From Eledone cirrhosa (Eukaryota), in contig OZ024742.1 of the NCBI GenBank assembly GCA_964016885.1, positions 161,510,001 to 161,574,000 on the forward strand: 64,000 nt of DNA, read 5' to 3'. The translations under genes and the position numbers were made by a program. This document shows positions 26,501 through 40,278 of the stretch, piece by piece (position 1 is the first letter of the stretch; each line of letters begins with the position of its first letter). The notes beneath the pieces were generated by a model that saw only the letters and a program-made list of their open reading frames with translations, had not been told where the DNA came from and searched no databases.

Positions 26501-29500
26501 GTTAACGTAAGATGTGGGAAAAATAATTTAAACTCATCTCAAAGAGAATCAGGATATAAATTCATCCACAGAATTTAGTAAAATCCAGGGAAAAATCAAT
26601 AGAGCCTTAACTCATAATAAAATAAAGTTCAAAATACCTATCCTTCAATTTGGATAAACTTCAAATGCTCTGTATAGTCTTAAGACTATTTCATGAAAAC
26701 TTTCAGCGGAGATGGTCACGGTTGGAATTCATCATCAGCAGAGCTTTACTCTATAACCAGGATTCTCGCAGATTAATATGCCAAAAAGGGAATTCTAAAG
26801 CTGGCCAGTCCAACGTCATGCATGATCACTAAAAACGCACATAAGGAAAAAATGGCTATTGACGTCAGAATGAGACGAAAGTTTGTTTGCAAGAAACAAC
26901 AGTCAAAAACATTCCGAAAAAAACTCTACAGTAAGGAGTTCAGCAAAATGCAATATTATCGCAGTTTTTTATAAAAAAAAAAAACCGGGATTAGTCACAA
27001 ATAATTTAAGCACTTGAGGAAAATCCGAGTATAAATATATAAATGAAAGGTATAGAAAACACTGCTGCGAAAAGCGAACAGCATTCCATAGGATATAAAT
27101 GACTATAGCGTCAAAATGGGAAAAATAGTAAACGTAAGATGTGGGAAAACTAATTTAAACTCATCTCAAAAAGAATCAGGATATAAATTCATCCACAGTA
27201 TTTAGTGAAATCCAGGGAAAAATCAATAGAGTCTTAACTCATGATAAAATAAAGTTCAAAATACCTATCCTTCAATTTGGAAAAACTTCAAATGCTCTGT
27301 ATAGTCTTCAGACTATTTCATGAAAACTTTCAGCGGTGATGGTCAGGGTTGGAGTTCATCATCAGCAGAGATCAACTCGATAACCAGGATTCTCGCAGAT
27401 TAATATGCCAAAAAGGGAATTCTAAAGCTGGCCAGTCCAACGTCATGCATGATCACAAAAAACGCACATCAGGAAAAAATGGCTATTGACGTCAGAATGA
27501 GACGAAAGTTTGTTTACGAGAAACAACAGTCAAAAACATTCCGAAAAAAACTCTACAGTAAGGAGTTCAGCAAAATGCAATATTATCGCAGTTTTTTATG
27601 AAAAAAAACCGGGATTAGTCAAATAATTTAAGCACTCGAAGAAAAATCCGAGTATAAATATATAAATGAAAGGTATAGAAAACACTGCAGTGAAAAGCGA
27701 ACAGCATTCCATAGTATATAAGTGACTATAGCGTCAAAATGGGAAAAATAGTTATTGTAAGATGTGGGAAAAATAATTTAAACTCATCTCAAAGAGAATC
27801 AGGATATAAATTCATCCACAGAATTTAGTGAAATCCAGGAAAAAATCAATAGAGCCTTAACTCATGATAAAATAAAGTTCAAAATACCTATCCTTCAATT
27901 TGGAAAAACTTCAAATGCTCTGTATAGTCTTCAGACTATTTCATGAAAACTTTCAGCGGAGATGGTCACGGTTGGAATTCATCATCAGCAGAGCTCAACT
28001 CGATAACCAGGCTGGCCAGTCCAACATCATGCGTGATCACGAAAAACGCACATGAGGATAAAATGGCTATTGACGTCAGAATGAGACGAAAGTTTGTTTA
28101 CAAGAAACAACAGTCAAAAACATTCCGAAAAAAACTCTACAGTAAGTTGTTCAGCAAAATGCAATATTATCGCAGTTTTATATGAAATAAACCAAAAAAA
28201 AACCGGGATTAGTCACAAATAATTTAAGCACTCGAGGAAAAATCCGAGTATAAATATATAAATGAAAGGTATAGAAAATACTGCAGCGAAAAGCGAACAG
28301 CATTCCATAGTATATAAGTGACTATCGCGTCAAAATGTGAAAAATAGTTAACGTAAGATGTGGGAAAAATAATTTAAACTCATCTCAAAGAGAATCAGGA
28401 TATAAATTCATCCACAGAATTTAGTGAAATCCAGGGAAAAATCAATAGAGCCTTAACTCATGATAAAATAAAGTTCAAAATACCTATCCTTCAATTTGGA
28501 AAAACTTCAAATGCTCTGTATAGTCTTAAGACTATTTCATGAAAACTTTCAGCGGAGATGGTCACGGTTGGAATTCATCATCAGCAGAGCTCAACTCGAT
28601 AACCAGGATTCTCGCAGATTAATATTGCCAAAAAAAAAATTCTAATGCTGGCCAGTCCAAAATCATGCGTGATCACGAAAAACGCACATGAGGAAAAAAT
28701 AGCTATTGACGTCAGAATGAGACGAAAGTTTGTTTACAAGAAACAACAGTCAAAAACATTCCGAAAAAAACTCTACAGTAAGGAGTTCAGCAAAATGCAA
28801 TATTATCGCAGTTTTTTATTAAAAAAAAAACCAGGATTAGTCACAAATAATTTAAACACTCGAGGAGAATCCGAGTATAAATATATAAATGAAAGGTATA
28901 GAAAAATCTGCAGCGAAAAGCGAACAGCATTCCATAGTATATAAGTGACTATAGCGTCAAAATGGGAAAAATAGTTAACGTAAGATGTGGGAAAAATAAT
29001 TTAAACTCATCTCAAAGAGAATCAGGATATAAATTCATCCACAGAATATAGTGAAATCCAGGGAAAAATCAATAGAGTCTTAACTTATGATAAAATAAAG
29101 TTCAAAATACCTATCCTTCAATTTGGAAAAACTTCAAATGCTCTGTATAGTTTTAAGACTATTTCATGAAAACTTTCAGCGGAGATGGTCACGGTTGGAA
29201 TGAATCATCAGCAGAGCTCAACTTGATAACCAGGATTCTCGCAGATTAATATTGCCAAAAAGGGAATTCTAAAGCTGGCCAGTCCAACATCATGTGTGAT
29301 CACGAAAAACGCACATGAGGAAAAAATGGCTATTGACGTCAGAATGAGACGAAAGTTTGTTTACAAGAAACAACAGTCAAAAACATTCCGAAAAAAACTC
29401 TACAGTAAGGAGTTCAGCAAAATGCAATATTATCGCAGTTTTTTATGAAAAAAAATACCGGGATTAGTCACAAATAATTTAAGCACTCGAGGAAAATCCG

Positions 29501-32500
29501 AGTATAAATATATAAATGAAAGGTGTAGAAAAAACTGCAGCGAAAAGCGAACAGCATTCCATAGTATATAAGTGACTATAGCGTCAAAATGGGAAAAATA
29601 GTTAACGTAAGATGTGGGAAAAATAATTTAAACTCATCTCAAAGAGAATCAGGATATAAATTCATCCACAGAATTTAGTGAAATCCAGGGAAAAATCAAT
29701 AGAGCCTTAACTCATGATAAAATAAAGTTCAAAATACCTATCCTTCAATTTGGAAAAACTTCAAATGCTCTGTATAGTCTTAAGACTATTTCATGAAAAC
29801 TTTCAGCGGAGATGGTCACGGTTGGAATTCATCATCAGCAGAGCTCAACTCGATAACCAGGATTCTCGCAGATTAATATTGCCAAAAAGGGAATTCTAAT
29901 GCTGGCCAGTGCAACATCATGCGTGATCACGAAAAACGCACATGAGGAAAAAATGGCTATTGACGTCAGAATGAGACGAAAGTTTGTTTACAAGAAACAA
30001 CAGTCAAAAACATTCCGAAAAAAACTCTACAGTAAGGAGTTCAGCAAAATGCAATATTATCGCAGTTTTATATGAAATAAACAAAAAAAAACCGGGATTA
30101 GTCACAAATAATTTAAGCACTCGAGGAAAATCCGAGTATAAATATATAAATGAAAGGTATAGAAAATACTGCAGCGAAAAGCGAACAGCATTCCATAGTA
30201 TATAAGTGACTATCGCGTCAAAATGGGAAAAATAGTTAACGTAAGATGTGGGAAAAATAATTTAAACTCATTTCAAAGAGAATCAGGATATAAATTCATC
30301 CACAGAATTTAGTGAAATCCAGGAAAAAATCAATAGAGCCTTAACTCATGATAAAATAAAGTTCAAAATACCTATCCTTCAATTTGGAAAAACTTCAAAT
30401 GCTCTGTATAGTCTTAAGACTATTTCATGAAAACTTTCAGCGGAGATGGTCACGGTTGGAATTCATCATCAGCAGAGCTCAACTCGATAACCAGGATTCT
30501 CGCAGATTAATATTGCCAAAAAGGGAATTCTAATGCTGGCCAGTCCAAAATCATGCGTGATCACGAAAAACGCACATGAGGAAAAAATGGCTATTGACGT
30601 CAGAATGAGACGAAAGTTTGTTTACAAGAAACAACAGTCAAAAACATTCCGAAAAAAACTCTACAGTAAGGAGTTCAGCAAAATGCAATATTATCGCAGT
30701 TTTTTATTAAAAAAAAACCCAGGATTAGTCACAAATAATTTAAACACTCGAGGAAAATCCGAGTATAAATATATAAATGAAAGGTATAGAAAAAACTGCA
30801 GCGAAAAGCGAACAGCATTCCATAGTATATAAGTGACTATAGCGTCAAAATGGGAAAAATAGTTAACGTAAGATGTGGGAAAAATAATTTAAACTCACCT
30901 CAAAGAGAATCAGGATATAAATTCATCCACAGAATTTAGTGAAATCCAGGGAAAAATCAATAGAGCCTTAACTCATGATAAAATAAAGTTCAAAATACCT
31001 ATCCTTCAATTTGGAAAAACACCAAATGCTCTGTATAGTCTTCAGACTATTTCATGAAAACTTTCAGCGGAGATGGTCACGGTTGGAATGCATCATCAGC
31101 AGAGCTCAACTTGATAACCAGGATTCTCGCAGATTAATATTGCCAAAAAGGGAATTCTAAAGCTGGCCAGTCCAACATCATGTGTGATCACGAAAAACGC
31201 ACATGAGGAAAAAATGGCTATTGACGTCAGAATGAGACGAAAGTTTGTTTACAAGAAACAACAGTCAAAAACATTCCGAAAAAAACTCTACAGTAAGGAG
31301 TTCAGCAAAATGCAATATTATCGCAGTTTTTTATGAAAAAAAATACCGGGATTAGTCACAAATAATTTAAGCACTCGAGGAAAATCCGAGTATAAATATA
31401 TAAATGAAAGGTGTAGAAAAAACTGCAGCGAAAAGCGAACAGCATTCCATAGTATATAAGTGACTATAGCGTCAAAATGGGAAAAATAGTTAACGTAAGA
31501 TGTGGGAAAAATAATTTAAACTCATCTCAAAGAGAATCAGGATATAAATTCATCCACAGAATTTAGTGAAATCCAGGGAAAAATCAATAGAGCCTTAACT
31601 CATGATAAAATAAAGTTCAAAATACCTATCCTTCAATTTGGAAAAACTTCAAATGCTCTGTATAGTCTTAAGACTATTTCATGAAAACTTTCAGCGGAGA
31701 TGGTCACGGTTGGAATTCATCATCAGCAGAGCTCAACTCGATAACCAGGATTCTCGCAGATTAATATTGCCAAAAAGGGAATTCTAATGCTGGCCAGTGC
31801 AACATCATGCGTGATCACGAAAAACGCACATGATGAAAAAATGGCTATTGACGTCAGAATGAGACGAAAGTTTGTTTACAAGAAACAACAGTCAAAAACA
31901 TTCCGAAAAAAACTCTACAGTAAGGAGTTCAGCAAAATGCAATATTATCGCAGTTTTATATGAAATAAACAAAAAAAAACCGGGATTAGTCACAAATAAT
32001 TTAAGCACTCGAGGAAAATCCGAGTATAAATATATAAATGAAAGGTATAGAAAATACTGCAGCGAAAAGCGAACAGCATTCCATAGTATATAAGTGACTA
32101 TCGCGTCAAAATGGGAAAAATAGTTAACGTAAGATGTGGGAAAAATAATTTAAACTCATTTCAAAGAGAATCAGGATATAAATTCATCCACAGAATTTAG
32201 TGAAATCCAGGAAAAAATCAATAGAGCCTTAACTCATGATAAAATAAAGTTCAAAATACCTATCCTTCAATTTGGAAAAACTTCAAATGCTCTGTATAGT
32301 CTTAAGACTATTTCATGAAAACTTTCAGCGGAGATGGTCACGGTTGGAATTCATCATCAGCAGAGCTCAACTCGATAACCAGGATTCTCGCAGATTAATA
32401 TTGCCAAAAAGGGAATTCTAATGCTGGCCAGTCCAAAATCATGCGTGATCACGAAAAACGCACATGAGGAAAAAATGGCTATTGACGTCAGAATGAGACG

Positions 32501-33553
32501 AAAGTTTGTTTACAAGAAACAACAGTCAAAAACATTCCGAAAAAAACTCTACAGTAAGGAGTTCAGCAAAATGCAATATTATCGCAGTTTTTTATTAAAA
32601 AAAAACCCAGGATTAGTCACAAATAATTTAAACACTCGAGGAAAATCCGAGTATAAATATATAAATGAAAGGTATAGAAAAAACTGCAGCGAAAAGCGAA
32701 CAGCATTCCATAGTATATAAGTGACTATAGCGTCAAAATGGGAAAAATAGTTAACGTAAGATGTGGGAAAAATAATGTAAACTCACCTCAAAGAGAATCA
32801 GGATATAAATTCATCCACAGAATTTAGTGAAATCCAGGGAAAAATCAATAGAGCCTTAACTCATGATAAAATAAAGTTCAAAATACCTATCCTTCAATTT
32901 GGAAAAACTTCAAATGCTCTGTATAGTTTTAAGACTATTTCATGAAAACTTTCAGCGGAGATGGTCACGGTTGGAATTCATCATCAGCAGAGCTCAACTC
33001 GATAACCAGGATTCTCGCAGATTAATATTGCCAAAAAGGGAATTCTAAACCTGGCCAGTCCAACATCATGCGTGATCACGAAAAACGCACATGAGGAAAA
33101 AATGGCTATTGACGTCAGAATGAGACGAAAGTTTGTTTACAAGAAACAACAGTCAAAAATATTCCGAAAAAAACTCTACAGTAAGGAGTTCAGCAAAATG
33201 CAATATTATCGCAGTTTTATATTTAAAAAAAAACCCCTAAAAACTGGGATTAGTCACAAATAATTTAAGCACGCGATGAAAAATCCGAGTATAAATATAT
33301 AAATGAAAGGTATAGAAAATACTGCAGCGAAAAGCGAACAGCATTCCATAGTATATAAGTGACTATCGCGTCAAAAGGGGAAAAATATTTAACGTAAGAT
33401 GTGGGAAAAATAATTTAAACTCATCTCAAAGAGAATCAGGATATAAATTCATCCACAGAATTTAGTGAAATCCAGGAAAAAATCAATAGAGCCTTAACTC
33501 ATGATAAAATAAAGTTCAAAATACCTATCCTTCAATTTGGAAAAACTTCAAAT

Positions 33554-33631
33554 GCTCTGTATAGTCTTAAGACTATTTCATGAAAACTTTCAGCGGAGAT
33601 GGTCACGGTTGGAATTCATCATCAGCAGAGC
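33554..33631 (-). ncRNA. Type I hammerhead-like motif, last (51st) copy in the array
   Basis: Same 78-nt sequence as 2475-2552. Confidence 0.7.
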
Positions 33632-33852
33632 TCAACTCGATAACCAGGTTTCTCGCAGATTAATATGCCACAAAGGGAATTCTAAAGCTGGCCAGTCCAA
33701 CGTCATGCGTGATCACGAAAAACGCACATGAGGAAAAAAATGGCTATTGACGTCAGAATGAGACGAAAGTTTGTTTACAAAAAACAACAGTCAAAAACAT
33801 TCCGAAAAAAACTCTACAGTAAGGAGTTCAGCAAAATGCAATATTATCGCAG

Positions 33853-34676
<824 letters not shown>

Positions 34677-34958
34677 TGAAGATAGACATAGAATATTCGA
34701 AAATATTCTGTATGTTTATAATAAACATTTTGAAGACCTAATCGCTATAGAATAGAATACGTCATGAAAATTTCTAATAAGAATGAAACGCGTAGGTTAC
34801 TTCCCTTGCTTTTATCGAGAATCTAATTGTAATACGTGACGTATTCTATTCTATAGCGATTAGGTCTTCAAAATGTTTATTATAAACATACAGAATATTT
34901 TCGAATATTCTATGTCTATCTTCACATATATATCGCTATTTCAGAGCATTTAATCCAA
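34677..34958. repeat. Inverted repeat (88-bp arms, 72-bp spacer) within (TA)n
   Basis: 34677-34764 is the reverse complement of 34837-34924, with a short extension to ~34958. Confidence 0.85.
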
Positions 34959-35108
34959 TATATATATATATTATATATATGCAAAAGTTCTATTTAAAAT
35001 TGTTGGGATACAAGTAAATATTTTTATAACTGATATAAAGCACTCGACAAATATTTGGAGTAGATATACGATATTAATAAATGGAAACTATATTTATAAA
35101 ACCATATT

Positions 35109-35173
35109 TATTTCATTATACACATTTCAGGGATACCAAATTAAATTATGGTATGCCTTCATCAGACAAAATA
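35109..35173 (-). ncRNA. Minimal type I hammerhead ribozyme (inverted pLTR of PLE 1)
   Basis: UAUUUUGU-CUGAUGA-AGGCAUACCA(UAAUUUAAUU)UGGUAUCCCU-GAAA-UGUGUA-UA-AUGAAAUA. Confidence 0.8.
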
Positions 35174-35302
35174 CATTATATAACAGTTTTCCAAATAAGC
35201 TTTGACGTACCCTATTAAAATGCAACCATTATTTTTGGAAGACATCCGGATAGTGAGTTGTTTATATTATTTTAATAAGTCATAGTGTTAAGGACAATTA
35301 GA

Positions 35303-37450
35303 AAAAATCAGACTCTTTTATAAGAAGAATCAGGTGGCGTGCTTTCCACTTTGATAAATCTAATCTAAATGAAAATGTTTCAAATCTGGATAAAATTTTC
35401 AAATCTAAAAAAAATCTACCCCCCAACAAACTACTAATGGATTTTGAAAATGATATCGTACCTATCATCCAAGGCATCAAATTCAGAAAAAAATTCAAAG
35501 GCCAGGATTACTTAAGAAGTATTAAGGACAATATTGAAAACTTGGAGTAAACAGAGAAAATTCTAGTGAAGTCGGACAAAACTAATAATCTTTATGGAAT
35601 TCGAAAGGACATTTATAACGACCTTATATTGAAAGAACTAAGGAAAAAGTACAAGCTAGCAAATAAGGACGAACTTGAAAAACTGAATACAGATGCATCT
35701 TGTATAATGCATGAATTAGACATTGAGAATAAAACACAACCCTTCATGCCTAGGAAACCTAAGATCAATATGAAGGATCACAAAAGAAACTTTGAAAATG
35801 ATTTACCAGTCAGATTAATTGCACCATCTAAATCTGACCTGTCAAACTTAGCAAAAATATTCTAGACAGGGTAATACAACAAATTAAAAACTTACCTAAT
35901 TTATCTTACTTAAAATTATGGAAAGGGACTAGTGAGGTTATCGATTGGTTTAAAGAAATTAAATATAACTATGATAATAAGTTTATTCAGCTGGATATTG
36001 CTAACTACTATTCATCTATCACTCCTAATCTACTGAATAAGGCACTAAATTACGCATTTAAACATACAGACCTAACTAGCAATGAAATGCACATTATATT
36101 ATCGGCAAGGAAAACATTGATAGAATTTAATAACCAACTCTGGACTAGGGCAGATAGAAATAATAATTTCGACATAACTATGGGATCATCAGACTCAGCT
36201 CAGGTAACGGACCTTGTGGGCCTATTTATAATTAATTCGCTACATAGAAAAATACCAGGTGTAACCGAAGGCTTATATCGTGATGATATGCTTTTACTTA
36301 TACAAAATAATAGCTGTGAACTAAAGAGAAAAAGAAAACAAATTATACAATTTTTTAATTACCTTAACCTAAAAGTAGAAATAGAGAATAACCATAAAAT
36401 AGTCAATTTTCTTGAAGTAACACTAAATCTCAACACATGTCTTCATTATCCATTTCATAAACTAAATGAGAACTTGAATTATGTTAATTTTAACTCTAAT
36501 CACCCCAGATCTGTTAAAAATACTATAGTGAACTCTGTTCAAGAAAGAATTTCAAGAATTTCATCTACTAAAATTATATTTGATGAAAAAGCGCAGTACT
36601 ACAACGAAGCGTTAGGTAGAGCTGGATATAGAAATACAATTAAATACATTGATAATAATAATAATAAGCAAACTAACCAAAATAATAACAATTTTAATTA
36701 TGGTAACAACTTTAACAACTATAATAGAAAACATTACAATAATTCCAAAAGCCGAAAAAGAAATAGAACTAGAAATATATTATGGTTTGCTCCCCCTTTC
36801 TCACTAAATATTAAAACCCCTATTGCTAAACTATTCTTTAAAGCTCTTGACAAACGCTTCCCTAGAACACATAAATATTACTCAATTTTTAATAGACACA
36901 CTATAAAATTAACTTACTCGTCCACCAAAAATTTAGCACAAAATATTAATAGAATTAATAATAGAAATTTAAAACCTAACCAAAATACCAATAATAACCC
37001 AAGCAATATTCAATTGAATAACTGTAACTGTAGAAATAAATCTAACTGTCCGTTAAATAACAACTGCTTAGCTAAAAATGTAGTGTACAATTGTAATGTT
37101 AAAACTAATTTAAATTCATTTAACTATGTTGGTTCTACCTCTACAGAATTTAAATTTCGCTTCAATAATCATAAAAATTCTTTCACAGATCCAAACAAAA
37201 ATCTTCAACTTCGCTATCTAGCCTACTATGGGACCTAAAACGAGATAATGTTAAATATTCGATGACTTGGAATATTATTTCATAAGCTACTCCTTTTAAC
37301 TCCTCTTCAGAAAATTGTGATCTTTGTATTGAAGAAATATTCTTTATATTAAAGTCCAAAAATTCCCTTAATTTAAGGAACAATTTATTCAGTTGCTGCA
37401 GACATAGCTTGAACTCAACGTTTAAATATAAATATAAATTTAAAATGTAG
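35303..37450 (+). pseudogene. 5'-truncated, disrupted Penelope-like RT + GIY-YIG endonuclease ORF
   Basis: Motifs: FIRRIRWRA, KSDKTNNLY, PVRLIAPSKS, QLDIANYY, FDITMGSSDSAQVTDLVG, GLYRDD, CNCRNKSNCPLNNNC, VVY..YVG (GIY-YIG), CDLC..CCRH. There is a stop at 35548-35550 and frameshifts near 35860 and 37200. Confidence 0.9.
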
Positions 37451-39129
37451 TATAATTAATTAAGTAACTTAGTTAATATATGAAACCTGTCGATAAATCA
37501 TTAGATTCCTTCACCTTTTTCTTTTTAAACTTTCTTCCTAAATATAAACATAGATATAATAAACTACTCTAAAATGTCTATACTTCCAATGTTTTAAATA
37601 AAATATACGTAAGATAAATTTCTATACTAAATATAAGGATATCTGTAGAATCCTTGGGTTTTTTAAATCTTTTAAATTTTTAAATTTTTAAATTTTAAAA
37701 ACTTTTTTAAATTTTTTAAATTTTTAAATTTTTAAATTTTTAAATTATATTGATATAATATTTATTTAACTCTTATTTTAATTTTTATTTTTATTTGTTT
37801 TTATTAGTTTTGTTTTGATTCTGATAGCTTCTCATAATTTTCATAAGTCTACCCTTTCAATATCTAGATTGAAATATACGTAGGATAAATTTCTATACTA
37901 AATATATGAAACATATTATTTTAACTTAAGATACTCTATAGTGTTTTAAACATATTTAATGCTTTGATATTTTTAGAATTCGTTTGTCCTTTTGACTATA
38001 CTGATATAATTGTATTTCCAAAATATAATCCTTTGGTATTTTAAATTTATATTGTTATAATTATATTTCCAAAGTATAATCCTTAGTAATATATTGATAT
38101 TTGATTATCTCTATACAAATATGTATGTGTATTAACATGCATATAAAAGTGTTATAGGTTTTTTATGATTGTATATATGTCTATGTATACATGAGCGATG
38201 CGGGAAGACGCACGCAAATATTTATTTATACATATATATGTGTATATATATATATATGTATATCTATGTGTGTGGGTAAGAGATATGTTGCTTAACCACG
38301 CAGTTTTGATTGCAGATATGCATAATTTTAACAGAATGTTAAATGCATGAATGGTAATCGTATATATGAAGACAGGAATGTTAATCGTATATTTATGTAT
38401 ATATACTGTGAACTTTTTTATAACACAAGGAATGTATAGCAGTGATTAAGAGAAATCGTCTGCGTTTTATATGTCTATATTGTTGACTTGAGTAAATATA
38501 TTTTCAGGACGTGCGTATATATATATATTTGTGTGTCTTTGCCTAAGATACTGATTTCTCTAGCATTTTGGTTGATTAAACCCAAATTTTGGTATATTGA
38601 TCTCAAGTTTTTAAACTAAACATGTAGTCATTATTGAACAATGTTTAATTTCTCATATTATATATTTATGTCCCATTCATGAATATTAATATTAATATTT
38701 TATTATTCATTTCATATAAATTGTTAACTCAACTAAATATGACATGACGTAAAATTTTCATTATTTCCCCCTCTCTCTATATAATATTTCTTTCTCTTGA
38801 GTTTTCCTATCTGTCTGATAACTTAATATCTCTCTGTTGCTTTCCTCTGTTTTTCTTATTTCTTATTTCTTCCTTTTTTCTTTCTTTCCTCCTGTCTTTA
38901 TTTATCTCTTTCTTTTTTCTCCATGCATCTCTCTCTCTCAGATACTTCTCCACGTTTTTTTCTTTCTCTCTCTCCGTCTTTTTCTTTCTCTCCGTCTTTT
39001 TCTAATTGTCCTTAACACTATGACTTATTAAAATAATATAAACAACTCACTATCCGGATGGCTTCCAAAGATTATGGTTGCATTTTAATAGGGTACGTCA
39101 AAGCTTATTTGTAAAATTGTTATATATTG

Positions 39130-39194
39130 TATTTTGTCTGATGAAGGCATACCATAATTTAATTTGGTATCCCTGAAATATGTATAATGAAATA
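39130..39194 (+). ncRNA. Minimal type I hammerhead ribozyme (3' pLTR of PLE 1)
   Basis: UAUUUUGU-CUGAUGA-AGGCAUACCA(UAAUUUAAUU)UGGUAUCCCU-GAAA-UAUGUA-UA-AUGAAAUA, overlapping an AATAAA. Confidence 0.82.
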
Positions 39195-39306
39195 AATATG
39201 GTTTTATAAATATAGTTTCCATTTATTAATATCGTATATATTATATATATATATATATTATATATATATTATATATATATATATTATATATATATTATAT
39301 ATATAT

Positions 39307-39340
<34 letters not shown>

Positions 39341-39493
39341 ATATATATATATATATACATATTATATATATATATAAACGTTTGAATATGTGTAATAAAG
39401 CCAAAACAATGCAGGTATGGACATAGAAAAAAGAATGCAATTGTAAAAGATATTGTTGACAATTCGTCCTTTACCTTAAATTTATTTAAATGT

Positions 39494-39528
39494 CCTTAAT
39501 TTTCGAGATAATATCTCTTCTTCAGAGG
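39494..39528 (-). ncRNA. Ultra-minimal hammerhead-like motif (inverted arm of PLE 2)
   Basis: Reverse complement of 43010-43044. Confidence 0.6.
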
Positions 39529-40278
39529 GAAATAAAGGTCTCAAACCAGCGTTCTAAATATCTAGCCAAGCCATGCTGACAGGAAATAGTATAGAGTATC
39601 TGTTCTATCTCTAATATCAAAGAGTTAAAATTAGGTGGATAAAGAGTAGTCTCCCTTTAAAAGGGGTTTGTTTAGGGTTTTTTTTATTTTTATTTTATAT
39701 ACATGCCTGTATAAATGTGTGGGAGAATGCATGAAGGTGTAAGTATGTGAGTGTGTGTGTGTGAGTGTGAGAAGATAAGTCTATTCGTAAATGTGGGGGG
39801 TAGGTGTTATCTGGTGTTAGAACTGGTTTTGTGTGTGTATGTGTGAGAGAGAATAAGTGGAGGTGTAAGCGTGTGTGTGTGCGCGTGCGCGCGTGTGTGT
39901 GGGGTGTGTAAATATGGGGCTAGAGGCCCTATCAGGTTATAAATTGGGTGTTGAGTTTTAGTCTATTATTGATTGGTGGTTGTGTTTTATCTATAATTAG
40001 TGCTTCCTTAATTCTAAGATTGCCGAGGTTTCTTTCCTTAGTTTCTATCCTAACTGTTATGGTTTTGTCGGTGTTTTTGCATTTAACTAGGTGTTTCTTA
40101 AATGAGGAAGCGTTAGTATTGAGGTGTTCTTTTATTCTTATGTGGAGTGGTCTGGTGGTGCTACCTACGTAGAAGTTGTTGCATTTGTCACACTCTAGTC
40201 TGTATACGACGTAAGCCTGGTGGCATAGGTCTGTGTCGTTGATGGGGCAGTTGGCTAGTCTGCAGCAGTTGTCATGTC

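Larger units (their letters stand above)
34981..39238 (+). mobile_element. Penelope-like element 1 (degenerate) with inverted 5' pLTR and direct 3' pLTR
   Basis: ~35067-35306 is the reverse complement of ~38996-39238. There is an internal RT+GIY-YIG pseudogene, a hammerhead in both pLTRs, and (TA)n on both flanks. Confidence 0.9.
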
